Source of the DNA: Oligoflexia bacterium
GTDB taxonomy: Bacteria > Bdellovibrionota > UBA1018
Assembly: GCA_023701205.1 (NCBI GenBank)
Contig: JAMPXJ010000006.1
Span: 86,404 to 150,403, forward strand
Direction of reading: 5' to 3'
Length of the DNA: 64,000 nt
This document shows positions 58,714 to 64,000 of the stretch, piece by piece. Each line of letters opens with the position of its first letter. Position 1 is the stretch's first letter. The position numbers and the translations under genes are program-made. The notes under the pieces were generated by a model. The model saw only the letters and a program-made list of their open reading frames with translations. It was not told where the DNA came from and ran no database searches.

Positions 58714-60129
58714 TCACGGCGGAGGAGCCTCATTCGAGAGCTCGATCTCCACGTAAGTCGACGTCGCGGGCCGAACAGCGGCTTGGACTTCCTGGCGCGC
58801 GAATCCGGGAGCGCGCACCCGGAGGCGGACGCTGGGATTGGCCGGGAGGTTCGTTCGCGACCCGGCCTCGTTCTCGATCTTCGCGCGTTCGGGGCGGAGG
58901 TAACCCATATAGTAGAAGCGGGCTTCGTTGGGGAACTCGGCCGCGCCGCGGGCCGGCGCCTTGCCGTGCGAATAGAGCTCCAAGGGATCCGCGAGCCGCA
59001 AGCCGTTCTGCGAAGGAGGGAGTTCGATGGAGACCTCCTCCGGGCGCAAAGGTACGCCTTGTGGCGCTCGGATCGAGAGCTCGAGCATGAAAGAAGTGAG
59101 GGGAGAGGGAAGGGGCGGGCCTTCGGGGACCGGACGGCCCTGCAGGTGGTCCGCCACGATCTTGAAAGTCGGGTGCCTGCAATTGGGGTTGCTCACGCAA
59201 CGCTCGGGGACCTGCGCGATACCCGGGAAGTTTTCGGATTCGGGCAGGGGCGACAGATGGAGCGCCTCGACGACGCGAAAGGGCGCGAACTCCATGAAGC
59301 CCACCGTTGCGGGCCGATGGGGTTTCTGAGTCAGGTGAATGAAGTCGAAACGCGCGGAAGGAAGCGGCACGGCCGAGTCATCCTCGTATTCCCTGGCATC
59401 CGAAGCGAACGGGGCCAGCAGCTTGAGCTGAGTCGCGATCGCCGCGATATTGAGCAGGCGCACGCGGGATTGGATTTCGCCGCGCACCCTTGCGAACTCC
59501 TCGTCAACCGCCAGGCGCCGGAAACGGGTGATCGTATGGCTGCCAAAGCTCATTTCCTGCAGCTCCTGCGGCCCGAAAGGCAGCGGGAAAGGTACGCCCA
59601 GGGAATCCGCGAGCCGGCGAACCGTAGAGCCGAAAACGGCCGTCTTGGCACCCCAGAATGGGGTTCCGAGTGTGATGAACGCGTCGATGCGCGAGGCGAA
59701 CTCGGGATGGAAGCGGCTGTCACCCGCGAAAGCGCGCGCGAGCCAGATCGTGCCGACCAGTCCTCCTTGGGAGTGCATCACAAGCGAGATGCGATCTCCC
59801 TCACCCAATTCTCCGGAGCGATCGAAATAGGATTTCAGGAATTCGCCGAACTCCTGGGCGAAGGTATAGGTGTTCTTTCCCGCACTGCCGGTATCGTATT
59901 CGAAAGGCACGACTTCCAGGCCGCGCGCCTCGAGAGCGGGCTTCATCGAGCCAAAATGCCCCGCGTTCCCTCCGATGCCATGGATCAAAAAGACAACGTG
60001 GCGGGTTGTGAACGCTAAGTCGTAGGCTGCGGCGGGCGCCCGCAGCGCGCGACGCCAATGATCCGCGCTCAAAAGCGCGGCGATACCTGAAATCGCGAGT
60101 CCCAGGGCGAGTGCTCGGCTTTTCTTCAT
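58714..60129 (-). CDS. Secreted alpha/beta hydrolase (lipase/esterase-like)
   Basis: FLIHGIGG, VMHSQGGLV, ITLGTPFWGA, DSAVP. Confidence 0.85.
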   Translation of the reverse strand: MKKSRALALGLAISGIAALLSADHWRRALRAPAAAYDLAFTTRHVVFLIHGIGGNAGHFGSMKPALEARGLEVVPFEYDTGSAGKNTYTFAQEFGEFLKSYFDRSGELGEGDRISLVMHSQGGLVGTIWLARAFAGDSRFHPEFASRIDAFITLGTPFWGAKTAVFGSTVRRLADSLGVPFPLPFGPQELQEMSFGSHTITRFRRLAVDEEFARVRGEIQSRVRLLNIAAIATQLKLLAPFASDAREYEDDSAVPLPSARFDFIHLTQKPHRPATVGFMEFAPFRVVEALHLSPLPESENFPGIAQVPERCVSNPNCRHPTFKIVADHLQGRPVPEGPPLPSPLTSFMLELSIRAPQGVPLRPEEVSIELPPSQNGLRLADPLELYSHGKAPARGAAEFPNEARFYYMGYLRPERAKIENEAGSRTNLPANPSVRLRVRAPGFARQEVQAAVRPATSTYVEIELSNEAPPP

Positions 60130-60224
60130 AGAGCCAGGGTAACATAAGGGCATGGAGGAGTTGAAGCCGGGGTTGCAAGGAAGGCTCCGGTTCCGCATAG
60201 TGTCCTGAGAGAGGCATCCCTCGG

Positions 60225-60533
60225 ATGAAGAAGATTCCAGGCGATTATCAGGTCCATGTCTTCGTGTGCACGAACGAGAAAAAAGCCGGTGAGTGCTGCG
60301 CGGCCCGGGGCGGCGCTGAGGTCCATCGCGAGCTGAAGGAGTGGGCCAAGGGGCACCCTGAATGGAAGGGGCGAATCCGAATCAATCGTTCCGGCTGCCT
60401 TGACCGCTGCAGCGAGGGCGTGGCCGTGGCCATTTACCCGCAAAACGAATGGTGTCTCGAGGTCAACGCGGAAAATCTTCAGGAAGTGAAAGAGAAGATC
60501 GGGGCCCTGATGAGGGGCGCTCAGCGGAAGTAA
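60225..60533 (+). CDS. Thioredoxin-like [2Fe-2S] ferredoxin
   Basis: HVFVCTN....CC, RINRSGCLDRC, VAIYP. Confidence 0.9.
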   Translation: MKKIPGDYQVHVFVCTNEKKAGECCAARGGAEVHRELKEWAKGHPEWKGRIRINRSGCLDRCSEGVAVAIYPQNEWCLEVNAENLQEVKEKIGALMRGAQRK

Positions 60534-60799
60534 GACTTCACCACGCTCAGCAGCTTCTCGGCCGCGCGAGTCTGCTCGGCCGTGGGGCGGAGCGCGGGAT
60601 CGATCACGTGCTCGTAGACGTGGCCTTCGATGAGCTCGCCCATCAGCCCATTGAGCGCCCCCCGGCAGGAGGCGACCGTCTGCAGGAGCTCGACGCAGTC
60701 GTCTTCCTCCTCGAGGGCCTTCTCGATCGCCGAGACCTGGCCCTTGATGCGGCGGATGCGGGCCAGGAGCTTTTCCTTATCCTTGATCGCGTGAGCCAT
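60521..60799 (-). CDS. rcnR: RcnR/CsoR/FrmR-family metal-sensing repressor
   Basis: MAH, RIRRIKGQV, C, RGALNGLM, GHVYEH; divergent from rcnA. Confidence 0.88.
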   Translation of the reverse strand: MAHAIKDKEKLLARIRRIKGQVSAIEKALEEEDDCVELLQTVASCRGALNGLMGELIEGHVYEHVIDPALRPTAEQTRAAEKLLSVVKSYFR

Positions 60800-60806
60800 G
60801 ATGACG

Positions 60807-60838
60807 CTTGTATAGTATAGGGGGGTAGACTATACAAG
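60807..60838. promoter_or_regulatory. RcnR/CsoR-type operator
   Basis: CTTGTATAGTATA-GGGGGG-TAGACTATACAAG: inverted repeat (12/13) around a G6 tract between rcnR and rcnA. Confidence 0.8.
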
Positions 60839-60842
60839 GGGC

Positions 60843-61793
60843 ATGATCGAGAATCCGTTGAGCTGGGTTTATTTTCCGACTGCGGTTGCTTTGGGCGCGT
60901 TGCACGCGCTCGAGCCGGGCCACGCCAAGACGCTGACCGCGGCCTACCTGATCGGCATCAAGGGCACGCGCCGGGATGCGTTTCTGCTCGGGCTTTCGGT
61001 GGCGTTCACCCATAGCCTCGTGGTCATCGCGATCGCGGCGGGAGCGCTCTGGGTCGGGCAGGAGGCGTTCACGAAGGACGTGACCCATTATCTGCAGCTC
61101 GGGAGCGGCGTGCTGGTCGTGGCGCTCGGGAGCTGGATGCTTTTCAAGCGCCTGCGGCAGATGCGGCGGGCGCAGATGCGGGCTCGGTCGCGGGTGCCGG
61201 GCCGGGAGGGCGAGGTCCACGCCGCATACCAGATTGCTTTTGTGCCGGCATCTCCGCACGTATCCCGGCCCGTTTCCCAGTCTGTCGCAATGACCTTCAA
61301 GCCGCTTTCTTCCGGAGCGCATTCTCATCATCATCACGGCCACGACCACGGGCATGACCATCATCATGGCTACGATCACGGGCATGCTCACGATCACCAC
61401 GACCATGATCATGACCACGACCTGATGACCGACGACGAACACGCGCGCGCGCACGCGGCGACGATCCCGGATTACGCCAAGCGCGGCGAGCGCCCGAGCT
61501 GGCAGCAGATCCTGGCTTTCGGCGCGGCAGGCGGGATGATCCCGTGCCCGGCTTCGATCACGGTGATGCTGCTCGCGCTTTCGATCGGGAAAGTCGCCTC
61601 CGGGCTGCTCGCGGTGGCGGGCTTCAGCCTCGGACTGGCGCTGGCGCTCGTGGGCATCGGCCTCATGGTCGTGGCGGGCCTCAATCGGCTGAGCCATACC
61701 GGCAAATTCGACTGGCTTTCGGCTCAGGCACCGGTCCTGAGCGCCGGAGTCGTGATCCTCTCGGGTGTGGCGGCGCTCGTCTTCGCTCATTGA
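60843..61793 (+). CDS. rcnA: Nickel/cobalt efflux transporter RcnA
   Basis: LGALHALEPGHAKT, His/Asp-rich loop, DEHARAHA, GGMIPCPAS. Confidence 0.92.
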   Translation: MIENPLSWVYFPTAVALGALHALEPGHAKTLTAAYLIGIKGTRRDAFLLGLSVAFTHSLVVIAIAAGALWVGQEAFTKDVTHYLQLGSGVLVVALGSWMLFKRLRQMRRAQMRARSRVPGREGEVHAAYQIAFVPASPHVSRPVSQSVAMTFKPLSSGAHSHHHHGHDHGHDHHHGYDHGHAHDHHDHDHDHDLMTDDEHARAHAATIPDYAKRGERPSWQQILAFGAAGGMIPCPASITVMLLALSIGKVASGLLAVAGFSLGLALALVGIGLMVVAGLNRLSHTGKFDWLSAQAPVLSAGVVILSGVAALVFAH

Positions 61794-61884
61794 AGAGGAT
61801 GACGCGTCGGGCCGTCCGCTATTTCTTGCGATTACCCCTGTTTTGAGGCCAAATGAGGCCCATCATTTTCGAGGGGGCACTCAC

Positions 61885-62604
61885 ATGATCAACAAAGTCG
61901 TGAAAGACGCGCGCGAGGCCGTGAAGGACATTCCCGACAACGCCACGCTCGCCATCGGCGGGTTCGGGCTCTGCGGGATTCCGGAGAACTGCATTTCCGC
62001 GCTCGTCGAAAAGGGCATCCGGAATCTCACCTGCATCTCCAACAACGCGGGCGTCGATGATTTCGGCATCGGCCTGATGCTGCAAAAGCGCCAGGTCAAG
62101 AAGATGATCTCGAGCTACGTGGGCGAGAACAAGCTTTTCGAGACGCTGCTGCTTTCGGGCGAGCTCGAGGTGGAGATGACGCCGCAGGGGACCTTGGCCG
62201 AGAAGCTGCGCGCGGGCGGCGCGGGAATTCCGGCGTTCTTCACCGCGACGGGCGTCGGAACAGTCGTGGCCGAGGGCAAGGAGATCAAGAATTTCGACGG
62301 GCGGCCATACGTGCTCGAGCGCTCGCTCACGGCGGATTTCGCGCTTGTCAAGGCGTGGAAGGGCGATGCGATGGGGAACCTCCTGTTCCGCAAGACGGCG
62401 CGCAACTTCAACCCGCTTTGCGCGATGGCGGGCCGGATCACCATCGCCGAGGTCGAGGAGCTCGTGCCGGTGGGCACGTTCGACCCGGACCAGATCCATC
62501 TGCCCGGGATTTACGTGAAACGGATTTTCCAGGGAACGAACTACGTCAAGCGCATCGAGCGCCGGACGGTGGCCGCGGCGGGCATGGCTCGCCCGCGCGC
62601 CTGA
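61885..62604 (+). CDS. scoA: 3-oxoacid CoA-transferase subunit A
   Basis: GGFGLCGIPEN, SSYVGEN, PQGTLAE, TARNFNP. Confidence 0.93.
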   Translation: MINKVVKDAREAVKDIPDNATLAIGGFGLCGIPENCISALVEKGIRNLTCISNNAGVDDFGIGLMLQKRQVKKMISSYVGENKLFETLLLSGELEVEMTPQGTLAEKLRAGGAGIPAFFTATGVGTVVAEGKEIKNFDGRPYVLERSLTADFALVKAWKGDAMGNLLFRKTARNFNPLCAMAGRITIAEVEELVPVGTFDPDQIHLPGIYVKRIFQGTNYVKRIERRTVAAAGMARPRA

Positions 62605-62616
62605 AAGGAGCCTTCC

Positions 62617-63276
62617 ATGCCCGCACTCACTCGTGAACAGATTGCCCAGCGGATCGCGCGCGAGCTGCGCGACGGCTACTACGTGAACCTCGGGATCGGG
62701 ATCCCCACGCTCGTCGCGAACTACATTCCCTCCGGCATGTCGGTCGTGCTCCAGAGCGAGAACGGGATCCTGGGCATGGGCCCGTATCCCACGGAGGCCG
62801 AGGTCGACGCCGACCTCATCAACGCCGGCAAGGAGACCGTGACGGTGATCCCGGGCGCGGCCTATATGTCGAGCGCTGATTCCTTCGCGATGATCCGCGG
62901 CGGAAAGGTCGACCTGACGGTCCTGGGCGCGATGGAGGTCGACGAGACCGGCAGCATCGCCAACTGGATGGTTCCGGGCAAAATGGTGAAGGGGATGGGC
63001 GGGGCGATGGATCTCGTCGCGGGCGCCAAGAACGTCGTCGTGGCCATGCAGCATGTGGCGAAAGACGGCTCGAGCAAGGTGCTGCCCAAGTGCACGCTCC
63101 CGCTGACCGGCATCAACTGCGTGAACAAGATCGTTTCGGAGCTCGCCGTGATCGACGTCACGCGCGAGGGGCTCGTGCTGCGCGAGCGGGCGCCGGGGAT
63201 CTCCGTCGAGGAGATCCGCAAGGCGACGGCGGCGAAGCTTCATATTCCGGGCGAGGTTCCGGAGATGAGGTTCTGA
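62617..63276 (+). CDS. scoB: 3-oxoacid CoA-transferase subunit B
   Basis: [29 protein letters not shown]. Confidence 0.93.
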   Translation: MPALTREQIAQRIARELRDGYYVNLGIGIPTLVANYIPSGMSVVLQSENGILGMGPYPTEAEVDADLINAGKETVTVIPGAAYMSSADSFAMIRGGKVDLTVLGAMEVDETGSIANWMVPGKMVKGMGGAMDLVAGAKNVVVAMQHVAKDGSSKVLPKCTLPLTGINCVNKIVSELAVIDVTREGLVLRERAPGISVEEIRKATAAKLHIPGEVPEMRF

Positions 63277-63349
63277 GCTTCAGGCCCGAAGGCGAGCGCC
63301 CGCGCGCAGGTCCCAGCTGATTTCAGCGCCGGCAGGTAAGGTCGCATAA

Positions 63350-63961
63350 ATGTCTCCGAAGCGCCCAAAACGTTCGGTGCTCTTCGAGCGGAAAACACGA
63401 AGGCTCGTGGTTCGCCCGCTCGTGAGCTCTGATGATCTCGCCTGGAAGGCGGCATATTCGACGATGCTGCCGAAAAGGAATGCCTTTGACCCGACGAATC
63501 GCAAGCCGCGGGAGCTTTCGGTTCGGAGGTTTCGGGCAGATCTCAAGTCACGGAATGAGGGGATGGCGGCGGATCGATATTACGGTTTCGGGGTTTTCCA
63601 TCGGAAATCGGGAGAGCTGGTCGGTCAGGTCGGCATCATGGATGTCCAGCGGGGAATCTCCCAAAGCGCTTATCTCGGTTACGTGATCTTCAATCGTTAC
63701 TGGAACCAGGGCTTCGGAAAAGAGGCCGTGAGGGCGGCCGTTGATATCGCGTTCCGGGACCTGAGGCTTCATCGCGTCGAGGCGGGAATCAGGCCGCGGA
63801 ACCGCCGATCGATCCTGCTCGCGCGATCACTCGGCTTTCGCAAAGAAGGATTGAAAAAGCGCGCCGTTCTGATGCATGGCGAGTGGGTCGATCTCGTGAT
63901 GTACAGCGCGACGACCGAGGACTTCGGAATCCGCTGGAGGGGCAGGGTGGATCAGCGCTGA
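63350..63961 (+). CDS. RimJ/RimL-type GNAT N-acetyltransferase
   Basis: AYLGY..FNRYWNQGFGKEAV, LHRVEAGI...N..S..L..SLGFRKEG. Confidence 0.88.
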   Translation: MSPKRPKRSVLFERKTRRLVVRPLVSSDDLAWKAAYSTMLPKRNAFDPTNRKPRELSVRRFRADLKSRNEGMAADRYYGFGVFHRKSGELVGQVGIMDVQRGISQSAYLGYVIFNRYWNQGFGKEAVRAAVDIAFRDLRLHRVEAGIRPRNRRSILLARSLGFRKEGLKKRAVLMHGEWVDLVMYSATTEDFGIRWRGRVDQR

Positions 63962-64000
63962 TCCCGGTTTCGGGCCGGTGCTCGGTTGGGGCGACGCTAT

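Noticed and set aside
61320..61420. CAT/CAC/GAC tandem repeats as a separate repeat element
   Set aside because: They encode the normal His/Asp-rich loop of RcnA
1..64000. tRNA, rRNA, prophage or recognised defence-system genes
   Set aside because: None recognised by eye; a covariance-model or HMM scan would be needed to exclude divergent ones

Overview
GC-rich bacterial chromosome segment. Gene content (Agl-Glt-like motor cluster, TIGR02147/DUF4423-type regulator, many orphan secreted proteins) suggests a Bdellovibrionota/Oligoflexia-like organism; this is inference. The housekeeping backbone is purH (3' end), purM, addB/addA, trxA, polA, a yceD-rpmF-fabH-fabD-fabG-acpP-fabF-rpiB-glyA-nrdR-nusB run without plsX, nagA, htrA, a thiolase, a DEAD/DEAH helicase, rcnR/rcnA and scoA/scoB. 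Main accessory structures read from the sequence: (1) a 1009-bp AT-rich element (461-1469) with 21-bp terminal inverted repeats and an 8-bp target duplication, carrying a secreted passenger gene and a truncated IS1-like transposase. (2) A variable block between polA and a hypothetical gene, where three ~90-bp copies of that gene's 3' end (26862, 29041, 31293) separate cassettes encoding secreted proteins with DUF3626 and ADP-ribosyltransferase-like motifs; one has two frameshifts and no integrase is visible. (3) A MITE/REP-like inverted-repeat element between the convergent glt and agl operons. (4) Structured intergenic regions upstream of acpP and fabH, plus candidate operators and sigma54 promoters. 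No CRISPR array, tRNA or rRNA was recognised. All family assignments are from motif recognition by eye, not database searches.
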